Shown here: piece after piece, positions 55,241-63,848 of the stretch
How positions within the stretch are numbered: the stretch's first letter is position 1
Layout: every line of letters starts with the position of its first letter
Source: an uncultured Candidatus Saccharibacteria bacterium
GTDB taxonomy: Bacteria > Patescibacteriota > Doudnabacteria > UBA920
NCBI GenBank assembly: GCA_964477745.1
Contig: CAYZEI010000001.1
Coordinates: 393 to 64,392 of the forward strand
Direction: 5' to 3'
Length of the DNA stretch: 64,000 bases
The notes under the pieces: generated by a model
Database searches by the model: none
The model's input: only the letters and a program-made list of their open reading frames with translations
Told to the model about the DNA's origin: nothing
Translations under genes and position numbers: made by a program

Positions 55241-56662
55241 TTATAGCAAACCCAATATCTTTGTCAAACCGTTTTTCCCTGCTATTTGGGTTGGGGTAAT
55301 GGCAGACAAATTGGCCAAACGGTCTGCTTGAGGTACGGCAATTTTGTATATTTCCGGCAGTTCGGTTTCCAAACTTTGAGCCAGTGTTATTTTTTGCGCC
55401 CGATTCTTTAAATCCTCATAATTCACATTATTTAAATATAAATCGAGCAATGACGACTTAGTTAAAGTGCCATTAACTTGCTCAAAAGCCAATGGGGTTT
55501 CCGCAAAATTATCTGTGACCACTTTATTTACTTGCCCAACCAGTCCGCTCTCCCCCATTTCCGTAAGCAGGGCAATAAATTTTTCTTTAGTTTCAGTAAG
55601 CCAAGTGGTCTGATTAAAACCACCTAAACAATTAAAATTGTAAGTTAGCATTACCAAAAAGCACACTAAACTGGTGGGGTAAACAGTCCTATTTCCAAGG
55701 ACTTTACTAATAATCTCTGACGTTAGATGATATTCAACTTTTAATCCTAAATCTTTAATCTTTAATCCTTTACGATGCAGAGCCACTCGCCTGTCTTCTC
55801 CGTCCACGCCCCAAAACAAAAAACTACCACGCCCTAAGCCAAAAGCACCTCTAAGCCCCAAAAAGTATTTTTCGGTTAATTGCCACCCTTCTGGAGTAAA
55901 AAATAATTTATGTAAAATGTGGTCAGGGTTTATGGCGATATCTTTAATTATAATTTGTGAAGCTATATCTTCAAGTGGTAAATAAATTAATTTTGGAGCA
56001 GATGGAAAAACTTCCTGCCACAGCATTTGGCTAATTACACAAGCCTGGTCGGAAAAATTACTTTGTCCCAATACCGGGGCCGATAAAAAGATCTTTTGAA
56101 CCAGCTGGGTTAATTTTTCTTTCTGGCTACCATTTAAAAAACTTAAATTCTTAATCTGTTGTAAAACTCTTGATACTTCCTCTAGCCCAATTTTATTTGC
56201 ACCAAACACGGTTTTTGTTTTATGACCATCGTGAAAAAAAGATAGTCTCTCTAAAAAACCGGTCTTGGGGTTAGTCAGAACTAAACAACCCGGCCAAGAA
56301 GAGTTATTTAAAGAAACACCGCTGGTGGGAAACACCGGTAAATACTCTAACTCTTTTCGTAAAGAAAAAAGTAAATTGGCATTTAAAAAGAAGGGGTGAC
56401 CAAAAATACCGTGATGGTCCACTGTGGAAACCAAAGGACAACTATGAACTTGAGACAACAATTCTTTCGCCTGATCCTGGTTCATGCTCTTTCCAACCAA
56501 ATCTTGAATTATGGAAGTCACCGACTTATGAACCGAACCGGAACCTGTTTTCCACCCCCCAACATAATCAAAAAGCGACGTCGAACCCTGCTGAGCGTAG
56601 ATTTGTGCTAAGACTTTTTGCCTGCCAAACACTGATGATTTTAAAAGATTAATATCGTTCAT
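55241..56662 (-). CDS. Hypothetical protein (473 aa)
   Basis: Long ORF with protein-like composition and its own terminator (TCCCGAG...CTCGGGA + T-run) downstream. No family recognised. Confidence 0.5.
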   Translation of the reverse strand: MNDINLLKSSVFGRQKVLAQIYAQQGSTSLFDYVGGWKTGSGSVHKSVTSIIQDLVGKSMNQDQAKELLSQVHSCPLVSTVDHHGIFGHPFFLNANLLFSLRKELEYLPVFPTSGVSLNNSSWPGCLVLTNPKTGFLERLSFFHDGHKTKTVFGANKIGLEEVSRVLQQIKNLSFLNGSQKEKLTQLVQKIFLSAPVLGQSNFSDQACVISQMLWQEVFPSAPKLIYLPLEDIASQIIIKDIAINPDHILHKLFFTPEGWQLTEKYFLGLRGAFGLGRGSFLFWGVDGEDRRVALHRKGLKIKDLGLKVEYHLTSEIISKVLGNRTVYPTSLVCFLVMLTYNFNCLGGFNQTTWLTETKEKFIALLTEMGESGLVGQVNKVVTDNFAETPLAFEQVNGTLTKSSLLDLYLNNVNYEDLKNRAQKITLAQSLETELPEIYKIAVPQADRLANLSAITPTQIAGKNGLTKILGLL

Positions 56663-56689
56663 ACCGATTGTATTATAACCTGCGTCGGA

Positions 56690-56730
56690 TAAATAAAAAA
56701 CCCCTCACGGCCCTTTAGCTGTGAGGGGTT
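56690..56730 (-). terminator. Rho-independent terminator after the pilin gene (CCCCTCAC-loop-GTGAGGGG + T-run on minus strand)
   Basis: Seen directly. Confidence 0.65.
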
Positions 56731-56742
56731 TGAATAAACAAT

Positions 56743-57243
56743 TTATCTAACGCCTCTAGGAGTCACTTTATGCATGCCTTCAGGAAAATTTCCGGTCTGC
56801 TTTCCAAGACAGAAATAATACGAATAGTCCGAATAGAGGGTATTCCCATTAATAACATAGGATATTCCGCTCGGATAGTAATAGTAAGTATTCCCAAGTA
56901 TTCCTGCAGGAGCTCCGGAATCAAAAGAGTCGTAACTGACAGTGGCACAAGTACCATCCGCAGGCAGTGGAGAAGAAGGCAAAGTCGCTGCAAAAGTTGG
57001 ACTAACCCCGCCAGGAATTCCTAAAGTCGGCGAAGATGGATATCCTTTATTATAGGAATAGTAAAGCTCCAACGCCGTATTCATTTGGGTCATATCGCCC
57101 AAACGTTTGGCGTCTCTGGCTTTTTGTCTGGCAGACAAAAAAGCAATCAAAGCAACAGAAGATAATAGAGCAATAATTGCAACCACAACCAAAAGCTCTA
57201 TTAAAGTAAAGCCGGAATTATTTTGTTGATTTTTATTTTTCAT
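56743..57243 (-). CDS. Type IV pilin / pseudopilin (class III signal peptide)
   Basis: Prepilin motif NSG/FTLIELLVVVAIIALL (G-F-T-L-I-E) with a hydrophobic N-terminal helix. Confidence 0.8.
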   Translation of the reverse strand: MKNKNQQNNSGFTLIELLVVVAIIALLSSVALIAFLSARQKARDAKRLGDMTQMNTALELYYSYNKGYPSSPTLGIPGGVSPTFAATLPSSPLPADGTCATVSYDSFDSGAPAGILGNTYYYYPSGISYVINGNTLYSDYSYYFCLGKQTGNFPEGMHKVTPRGVR

Positions 57244-57430
57244 GACTTTTTATACATTTATTATACAACTACTTGATTTAAAAAACAATGTGGATAAACT
57301 TAGGGGAAATTGGAAGCCCTTGATAAAATCTGTTAAATATTGTAGAATATCAAAGAATCCTTATAAGTTACATAGTCTTTGCTTCCTAAATCTTCCGGAT
57401 AGTAAAGGATTACATATAGGATACGATTGT

Positions 57431-57506
57431 GGGTCTGTAGCTCAGTTGGTAGAGCAGCGGCCTTTTAAGCCGTTTGTCGAGGGTTCGATCCCCTCCGGAC
57501 CCACCA
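57431..57506 (+). tRNA. tRNA-Lys (anticodon TTT), CCA encoded
   Basis: GGGTCTGTAGCTCAGTTGGTAGAGCAGCGGCCTTTTAAGCCGTTTGTCGAGGGTTCGATCCCCTCCGGACCCACCA folds as a cloverleaf with anticodon loop CUUUUAA. A terminator hairpin + T-run follows. Confidence 0.9.
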
Positions 57507-57658
57507 TAAAGAAAATGCCTCATCCTGCCTTGCGCGGATGGGGCAGTTTCTTTTATAGATGACAGCGGGGCTCGAACCCACCACGAAAAAGCACCGAATT
57601 ACTTGGGTGCTTTTTTTTAAAAGTGATATAATTAAGTCAATTAACTTTAATCAATTAT

Positions 57659-58429
57659 ATGAGCATGCATGAAATTGAGGGTCTTGTAGAAAGTTCCATA
57701 AGATTACTAGATAAATCACCCGAGGGCTCATCGTTAGATCTTCGTTCTGTATTTTGGAACTTATTTAGATACCAAGAAAAGTTTGATACAGGCGGTACTC
57801 TATTTCGGGCAATAGATATTTTAATCAAAAATCATTACGTATATGTTTTCCCTGTCACAGAACATCCTAATTATGAAAAATATAAAAGCTATTTTGACAG
57901 CCTTAAAGAACACTCATATATTCTTAGAAACCCTATAGAAGAATGGGATCGCGAAAACAATCCAGAGACTGGTTGTGAATTTTGTGATATTAAAGAAGAA
58001 TGGGGTGAAAAGTTTGCTCAAGAAAGAGGAACAACCGGCCCAAGCCTTTATATCCAAGCAGGCCTTGAATGTTGGCAAAAATTGGTAGAGCAAGGAAAGT
58101 TCACGGGCAAAGATGCGGAACCGCCCAAAAAAATGGAAATGATAGATTTGGCAACAGAAATAATTAATATTGCACTAAAAAATAACGACACAGGATTAGC
58201 TGCCTGGTGGTATAAAGTCGGTTTGCCTTATGAAATAACCTGGTCAGATTATGAGTTTGCAAGTTTGTCAAAAGATACCAGGTTGCTCGGTCTTAGAAAA
58301 ATCGCCGAGGAAAACAAGCTAATGGAAGTTGATGTATATGGTTACGACGAGGATAGTGTAGCTGATATAGATGATGGTCCAAATGAAGAAACTAATAAAT
58401 TTCTTAGATGGTGGTTTTTCTTAAGTTAA
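57659..58429 (+). CDS. Hypothetical protein (256 aa), cargo between direct repeats AACCCACCACGAAAAA
   Basis: ORF bracketed by identical 16-bp repeats at 57575..57590 and 58445..58460. No family recognised. Confidence 0.5.
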   Translation: MSMHEIEGLVESSIRLLDKSPEGSSLDLRSVFWNLFRYQEKFDTGGTLFRAIDILIKNHYVYVFPVTEHPNYEKYKSYFDSLKEHSYILRNPIEEWDRENNPETGCEFCDIKEEWGEKFAQERGTTGPSLYIQAGLECWQKLVEQGKFTGKDAEPPKKMEMIDLATEIINIALKNNDTGLAAWWYKVGLPYEITWSDYEFASLSKDTRLLGLRKIAEENKLMEVDVYGYDEDSVADIDDGPNEETNKFLRWWFFLS

Positions 58430-58483
58430 AACTGATTCTGGGAAACCCACCACGAAAAAACATTAAGTCCTAAATTATTATTT

Positions 58484-58978
58484 ATGACAAAATCAGGGAG
58501 AACTCTAAAGGTAGATTCTATATTAGAAACATTGTTCATTGATATTGAAAAGGGCAATAACGATAAAGTTATAGAGGTATTGAAAGAAAAAGGAGTAGAT
58601 GCTTTTGATAATTACAAAAGAACGGTCTTGATTAACAGCGCCTTCTACGGGAACATTTCCTTATTAAAGTGGTGCATACAAAATGGAGCAGACGTCAATT
58701 TTCAAGATCGCGGTGGATGGTCAGCATTACAATTTTCAGCGCAAGAAGGAAGGTTCGATGTTGCTGATATTCTAATTCAAAATAAGGCCAATACCAATCT
58801 TAAAGACGAAAATGGTAATAGCCCAATTATGACCGCCTTAACCAATTGGAAAGGCGGGAAAAATTTAGACATTATAAAATTGCTTGCAAAAAATGGCGCA
58901 GATATTCATCAAAAGAACAATTACGGCGTTTGTGCTAATGAGATGCTAACAGAAGACTTAAGAAAACAACTACAGTAA
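58484..58978 (+). CDS. Ankyrin-repeat protein (164 aa, about 3-4 ANK repeats)
   Basis: Repeats of the G-TPL..A...G....V..LL..GAD.N type (TVLINSAFYGNISLLKWCIQNGADVNFQD; GWSALQFSAQEGRFDVADILIQNKANTNLKD; NGNSPIMTAL...KLLAKNGADIHQKN). Confidence 0.75.
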   Translation: MTKSGRTLKVDSILETLFIDIEKGNNDKVIEVLKEKGVDAFDNYKRTVLINSAFYGNISLLKWCIQNGADVNFQDRGGWSALQFSAQEGRFDVADILIQNKANTNLKDENGNSPIMTALTNWKGGKNLDIIKLLAKNGADIHQKNNYGVCANEMLTEDLRKQLQ

Positions 58979-59052
58979 ACTTTAAATGTTCGCCTTTCAG
59001 ATAAATATTTCACGCTCAATCATTGGTGGTTTAGCCACATGAGTTAATAGCG

Positions 59053-59093
59053 CCCCCGGACCCACCATAAAACCTCCAAATATTTGGAGGTTT
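59053..59093. repeat. Direct repeat of the tRNA-Lys 3' end (CCGGACCCACCATAAA) followed by a terminator hairpin; candidate attR of an integrated islet
   Basis: 59056..59071 is identical to tRNA positions 57495..57510. Then CCTCCAAA-TA-TTTGGAGG + TTTTAT. Confidence 0.65.
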
Positions 59094-59165
59094 TATAATT
59101 TCAAGCCCCCTCTTTACAAAAAACTAAAAAAGGGCGACACTAAGGGTATTATTAACCATAACTTT

Positions 59166-59546
59166 ATGGATAAAAAAACAAAGCAAATTATCGCTTGGGT
59201 TGGTGCTATTATAATTGTTATAGCTATTGTTTGGGTCATTCGCGTAAAACAAACCAATGACAATAAAGATAGCCAGGCCAATGAACAACAAAATACCAAC
59301 ACTTCCCAGCAAGAGCAAAAAACCATAGCCCCGGCGAAAACCAATTCCGATGTGTGGGTAGGCAATCTAAAAGCCTCTGACACACCAAGCAAAGGCAACT
59401 TAATGTTAGTAACAGCCGAACGGACTATTTATATTAAAACCAATCGCGATTACAGCTCCTTGGTGGGTAAAAAAGTTCGGGTATCTTATTCCGGATCATG
59501 GCAAAATTTTGTTTTAGGGGATATTACTGTAGCCGAACAGGAATAA
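59166..59546 (+). CDS. Small membrane-anchored protein (126 aa)
   Basis: N-terminal TM IIAWVGAIIIVIAIVWVI, Q/N-rich linker, small C-terminal domain. The overlapping minus ORF looks like an antisense artefact. Confidence 0.4.
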   Translation: MDKKTKQIIAWVGAIIIVIAIVWVIRVKQTNDNKDSQANEQQNTNTSQQEQKTIAPAKTNSDVWVGNLKASDTPSKGNLMLVTAERTIYIKTNRDYSSLVGKKVRVSYSGSWQNFVLGDITVAEQE

Positions 59547-59618
59547 AAAACAAGCTTATAAGTGCTAGCTACTAGCTTATAGTTCCCAAGCTAACAGCCA
59601 TAAGCTAAAAACTAAACT

Positions 59619-60518
59619 ATGATACTAGAAACATTTAAACATTTCCCGGACTTTGAGTTATTAGATTCCGGTGAAGGGTTTCGTTTGGAACGCTGGGGCA
59701 AAGTAATTTTGCAACGTCCCGACCCACAAATTATTTGGCCAAGGTCTCTGCCTCCCGAAGAATGGCAAAAGGCCTGGGCAATTTTTCAGTCCCCTTCCGG
59801 CGGAGACAAAGGCCGATGGGAATTTAACCAAGCCATTCCAAAACTTTGGACATTAACTTTTAATGAAGTTAAGTTTTTACTAAAACTTTCCCCTTTTAAG
59901 CACACCGGGATTTTTGCCGAACAGTCAGCCAACTGGGAGTGGATGCTAGATAGATTACAGATTAAAGATGCTGGATTAAAGTCAGTTGCAAATAACATAA
60001 ATCCTAAATCTAAAATCCTAAATCTATTTGCCTACACCGGTGGGGCGACTGTTGTTTTAGCCAAAGCCGGAGCATTAGTTACACACGTAGATGCATCCAA
60101 ACCTGCCATTACCTGGGCAAATGAGAACTTTAAATTAAACAACCTACCAAAAGATTCCGTGCGTTGGATTTTGGATGATGCAGTAAAATTTGTAAATCGG
60201 GAAGTAAAACGAGGTTCGCTTTACGACGGCATAATTATGGATCCGCCCGCCTTTGGACATTCCCCGACAGGTAAAACCTGGAAATTTAACGACGATTTGC
60301 CCGGACTCTTGGAATCCTGCGTAAAACTTCTTTCACCAAATGCAAAGTTTTTACTCATCAATGGTTACGCCACCAACTCTTCGTCCCTGGCTTTAAATAA
60401 CTTACTGGAAGATGCGGGGAAAAATTTGGGTGGTAAAATTGAATGTGGAGAGTTATGTTTGAAACAAAAATCCGGCCGAATGATTTCTACCGGAATATTC
60501 GCCAGGTGGAGCAAATGA
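59619..60518 (+). CDS. SAM-dependent RNA methyltransferase, RlmI/RlmK-like C-terminal MTase domain
   Basis: LNLFAYTGGATVVLAKAGA.VTHVDASK (motif I) and IIMDPPAFG (motif IV DPPxF), typical of the YccW/RlmI family. Confidence 0.65.
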   Translation: MILETFKHFPDFELLDSGEGFRLERWGKVILQRPDPQIIWPRSLPPEEWQKAWAIFQSPSGGDKGRWEFNQAIPKLWTLTFNEVKFLLKLSPFKHTGIFAEQSANWEWMLDRLQIKDAGLKSVANNINPKSKILNLFAYTGGATVVLAKAGALVTHVDASKPAITWANENFKLNNLPKDSVRWILDDAVKFVNREVKRGSLYDGIIMDPPAFGHSPTGKTWKFNDDLPGLLESCVKLLSPNAKFLLINGYATNSSSLALNNLLEDAGKNLGGKIECGELCLKQKSGRMISTGIFARWSK

Positions 60519-60593
60519 ATTGACCAAAATTGACCATAATTTAAAATTGACAAAAATAGACTGCAAACTGCAGTCTATTTTTGTTAATTATGG

Positions 60594-60977
60594 TCAATTC
60601 TTAGCCGGTTCCAAATAACTCAACACCTTATTATACAAATCATCCAAAGTCATGCTCCCTTTAATTAGATACTCCTTTACCCCCTGAGAAAGCAACATTT
60701 GCTTTAATTCCGGCTTATCTAAATTTGTCAGGACAATTACCGGGACATCTTGCAATTGAGGAAGGCTGTGCATGTAATCCAATACTCCCGAGGATCCATC
60801 ATCCTTTGTCAACAACAAATCCAACACGACTATTTCCGGAATAATTTTAGCTAAAACTTTTTTTGCTTCTTCTGAATTAGTGGCCGTATAAACATCTGTT
60901 TCCCAAGTAGCAAAACGTTTTTGCAAGGTATTTAAAATTAACGGGTCATCATCAACCATTAAAATTGTATGCTTCAT
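60594..60977 (-). CDS. Stand-alone response-regulator receiver domain protein (CheY-like)
   Basis: ILMVDDDP...VVLDLLL...PVIVLTN...K receiver motifs. No output domain. Confidence 0.8.
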   Translation of the reverse strand: MKHTILMVDDDPLILNTLQKRFATWETDVYTATNSEEAKKVLAKIIPEIVVLDLLLTKDDGSSGVLDYMHSLPQLQDVPVIVLTNLDKPELKQMLLSQGVKEYLIKGSMTLDDLYNKVLSYLEPAKN

Positions 60978-61026
60978 ATACTAGATAATAGCTACTAGCT
61001 TTTGGCTTGTAGCTTGTAATTAATTT

Positions 61027-61392
61027 TTAAGCTAGTGACTGGGTCATCTTATTTAACATTTTCATGACTTCCAGTAATAAACCATCTACTTTTTCAAACT
61101 CTACAATTCCAGCATGCTTTAAGCGTTTGGCGATTTCTATTTGGGTTTCCAGCTCTGCACCAGAAGCAAAGGCAATGATCAAAAATTGTCTAAAATCTTT
61201 TCTGCTATTTCTGGTTCTTCCTTCGGCAATATTTGATGGAATAGAAACTGCACTTCTTCTTGTTTGTGAGGTTAAACCATATATTTCAGATTTTGGATAC
61301 TTGTTTGTTAACAAATAAACTTCGGTCACTAGTTCCATTGACCGCTGCCAAACCACCAGCTCCTTATACGATGTAATGATTCCGTGGGTCAT
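61027..61392 (-). CDS. Four-helix-bundle protein (TIGR02436; so-called 23S rRNA intervening-sequence protein family)
   Basis: SYKELVVWQRSMELVTEVY..T..YPKSEIYGLTSQTRRSAVSIPSNIAEGRTRNSRKDFRQFLIIAFASGAELETQ matches the family consensus closely. Confidence 0.8.
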   Translation of the reverse strand: MTHGIITSYKELVVWQRSMELVTEVYLLTNKYPKSEIYGLTSQTRRSAVSIPSNIAEGRTRNSRKDFRQFLIIAFASGAELETQIEIAKRLKHAGIVEFEKVDGLLLEVMKMLNKMTQSLA

Positions 61393-61429
61393 TAAGCTAT
61401 AAGTTATTACCTAACATCTATAAGCTAGG

Positions 61430-61975
61430 CTAAAGTTCATTACGATCGGCAATTGACCGACCTAAAATAATTAAGAATATTAAAGGTAAAATTAGCCAAA
61501 TAAAACTACTGGAGCTAGATAAAAATACCAGGGTAACCAGCGGTGAAAAACTCTTGCCGGAAACTGCCAAATACCCTAAGACCGTGTTAATTAACAACCC
61601 AATTTGCAATACTGCAAACACCAATACAAATGGAATAGAACCAAAATGTCGTCCATCCACGGAGGTGCGAAAGGCATAGCGGGACAGTAATACAAACAGA
61701 ATAACAAGAATAATTAAAAAGCTTACCAGCTGTTGTAAGGAAGCAAGGGAGCTGGGTAATTTTTGGTTTATTGCATTACTTAACCACGGTGCCTGTAAAA
61801 CCAAAAGTTTGGCAATATACAAACTCATAAGCAAACTAATAATCCGTCCCCTGCCGGCGGAAAATGCATAAAACACCGAGGCAACGCCCCAAAATAAAAT
61901 AATAAACAAGTCCCAACTTGGCGTGTGCCAATTGAAACTTTGAATTAATTGATTTGCATCAGCGGCAGATAACAT
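61430..61975 (-). CDS. Four-TM membrane protein, possibly CvpA-like
   Basis: 181 aa. Hydrophobic helices with a CvpA-like size and topology. Weak call. Confidence 0.45.
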   Translation of the reverse strand: MLSAADANQLIQSFNWHTPSWDLFIILFWGVASVFYAFSAGRGRIISLLMSLYIAKLLVLQAPWLSNAINQKLPSSLASLQQLVSFLIILVILFVLLSRYAFRTSVDGRHFGSIPFVLVFAVLQIGLLINTVLGYLAVSGKSFSPLVTLVFLSSSSSFIWLILPLIFLIILGRSIADRNEL

Positions 61976-62129
61976 TTATTTTGTATTGATTTCTAACGTG
62001 TAATTTTAATTATTATAGCATAAAACTGCTAAAAAAGCATTCCGTAAAAAAAGCGAGGTGCCAAAGTCGAACGCGTGTGCGTCTTTCTCTGGCACCTGTT
62101 GAGAGAAGCCCTCTGTTGGGAGGCCGTCT

Positions 62130-62405
62130 CTACGTGGTATGTTTCTTGATGGCTTCATCGTCCTCAGGACCCTTGTAAATCTTCCAGGAAACGCCCGGGA
62201 ACAATGCCACCATCTGGTTAGAGAGTTCTTCAAAAACCCTCCATCCCTCACCGGCAACAATGAGCTTAGTCTTGCCTTGCTTGATAAAAGAATCACACGT
62301 CCCGGGGACTATGGGACGAACTTTTGTGTCGAAGATGTGTCCTTCCCACTTTGTCCAACCTGGGGGGAGATCAAACACAATTGCTGTTTCGTATCTCGCC
62401 AACAT
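62130..62405 (-). CDS. Small hypothetical protein (91 aa) in a GC-enriched patch with its own RBS and terminator
   Basis: AAGGAGG 5 nt upstream of the ATG. Downstream hairpin AGGTGCCA...TGGCACCT + T-run. The overlapping ORFs 62006..62296 and 62139..62426 are rejected as alternatives. Confidence 0.4.
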   Translation of the reverse strand: MLARYETAIVFDLPPGWTKWEGHIFDTKVRPIVPGTCDSFIKQGKTKLIVAGEGWRVFEELSNQMVALFPGVSWKIYKGPEDDEAIKKHTT

Positions 62406-62558
62406 CGGGAACCTCCTTATTCATAACTCTATTCGAACCTACTTACAGCAAATTATAAGGTTAATAGCCGGCTTAGTCAACAGTTAGTTCATTGAGTTTG
62501 GAAGAGGTGTCCCCTCTTCCAAACTGATTTTATGTTATAATATTATTTTTTCAATCCC

Positions 62559-62601
62559 AAAAGAGCACTTTTTGACGGCCGTCAAAAAGTGCTCTTTTTT
62601 T
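62559..62601. terminator. Strong bidirectional terminator: perfect 21-bp palindrome AAAAGAGCACTTTTTGACGGC|GCCGTCAAAAAGTGCTCTTTT
   Basis: Read directly. Immediately downstream of dnaJ on the minus strand. Preceded by a second hairpin TTTGGAAGAGG-TGTCC-CCTCTTCCAAA. Confidence 0.7.
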
Positions 62602-62612
62602 AAACTATGAAT

Positions 62613-63779
62613 TTATGATTTAAAACTGTCTTTTATACTATCCCATAAGCTTTCGTCTATATGAACCACTTCGCCTCGCTCTTCAGCTATTTCTTTAAGT
62701 AGGTCTTTTTCTTTTTTGGAAAGTTTTTTTGGAATTACCACATGAGTGGTTATCATTAAATCTCCCCGACGGTTATGCTCGTTTATGTAAGGCACGCCTT
62801 TCCCTTTTATGCGGAATACTGTACCACTTTGTGTGCCGGCCGGAATTTTTAGTTCAATATCTCCGTCTAAAGTTTTCACTATTATTTTTGCGCCCAAAGC
62901 CGCTTGAGTAAAACTAATTGGCAACTCTTTAAGCAAGGTTACGCCGTCGCGGGAAAAATTTTTGGCCTGGCTGACACTGACAACCAAATACAAATCTCCG
63001 GCACTGGATCCTCGGTAGCCCGCTTCTCCTTCCCCGCTAATCCGAATTCTCTGACCATTATCTATCCCGGCCGGAATTTTTACGGAAATAGTTTTTTGCT
63101 GACGTAACACTCCATTACCACTGCAAGTCTTGCAAGGATTTTCCGGAATTTTTCCCATACCATTACAACGGTCACAGGCAATGGAAGAGGCTACCTGGCC
63201 AAAAATAGTGCGCCTGGTGGTGCGAATCTGCCCCTGGCCGTGGCACTTTGGACAAGTAACTATCTTACTACCCGAAGCTGCTCCATTACCTCCACAAGTT
63301 TTACAGGTATCTTGTTTTTCTAAAGTAACATTTTTTTCTACGCCAAAAACTGCTTCTTCAAAAGTTATGGCAATGCGCATTTCTAAATCTATCCCCCGAT
63401 TACGCCTACTTGCCTGCTGTTGTCCACCACCAAAAATATCGCCAAAAATATCGCCCAAGTCTGAACCAAAATCAAAGCCCGAGGCCTGACCGCCTTGGTT
63501 ACCGAAACCGCTAAAGTCAAACCCGCTAAAAGGATTACCTTGTCCACCACCACCAAAACCGCCGGCTTGCTCAAAATTTGAACCGTACTGGTCATAGCGC
63601 CCGCGCTTGTTCTGGTCGGATAAGACTTGGTAGGCTTCGTTAACTTCTTTAAATTTTTCGGTGTTGCCGTTGCCTTTATCCGGATGAAATTCGTGAGCTT
63701 TTTTTCGAAAAGCTTTTTTAATTTCGTCGGCCGAAGCGGACTTTGCGACACCTAAAGTTTCGTAGTAATCTTTGTTCAT
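62613..63779 (-). CDS. dnaJ: Molecular chaperone DnaJ
   Basis: J-domain DYYETLGV...HPDK, G/F-rich linker, four CxxCxGxG zinc-finger repeats. Confidence 0.9.
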   Translation of the reverse strand: MNKDYYETLGVAKSASADEIKKAFRKKAHEFHPDKGNGNTEKFKEVNEAYQVLSDQNKRGRYDQYGSNFEQAGGFGGGGQGNPFSGFDFSGFGNQGGQASGFDFGSDLGDIFGDIFGGGQQQASRRNRGIDLEMRIAITFEEAVFGVEKNVTLEKQDTCKTCGGNGAASGSKIVTCPKCHGQGQIRTTRRTIFGQVASSIACDRCNGMGKIPENPCKTCSGNGVLRQQKTISVKIPAGIDNGQRIRISGEGEAGYRGSSAGDLYLVVSVSQAKNFSRDGVTLLKELPISFTQAALGAKIIVKTLDGDIELKIPAGTQSGTVFRIKGKGVPYINEHNRRGDLMITTHVVIPKKLSKKEKDLLKEIAEERGEVVHIDESLWDSIKDSFKS

Positions 63780-63848
63780 GAAAACGTTTTAACATTCTAT
63801 CATTCTAACAAAATAACAAATGCTAGTATTATCATTCTGTCTTAAACC

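Noticed and set aside
59114-59398. 94-aa minus-strand ORF
   Set aside because: Overlaps and is antisense to the more protein-like plus ORF 59166..59546. Composition is Cys/Leu-rich junk.
62006-62426. ORFs 62006..62296 (-) and 62139..62426 (+)
   Set aside because: They overlap 62130..62405 (-), which alone has a strong AAGGAGG RBS and a downstream terminator. The others have neither.
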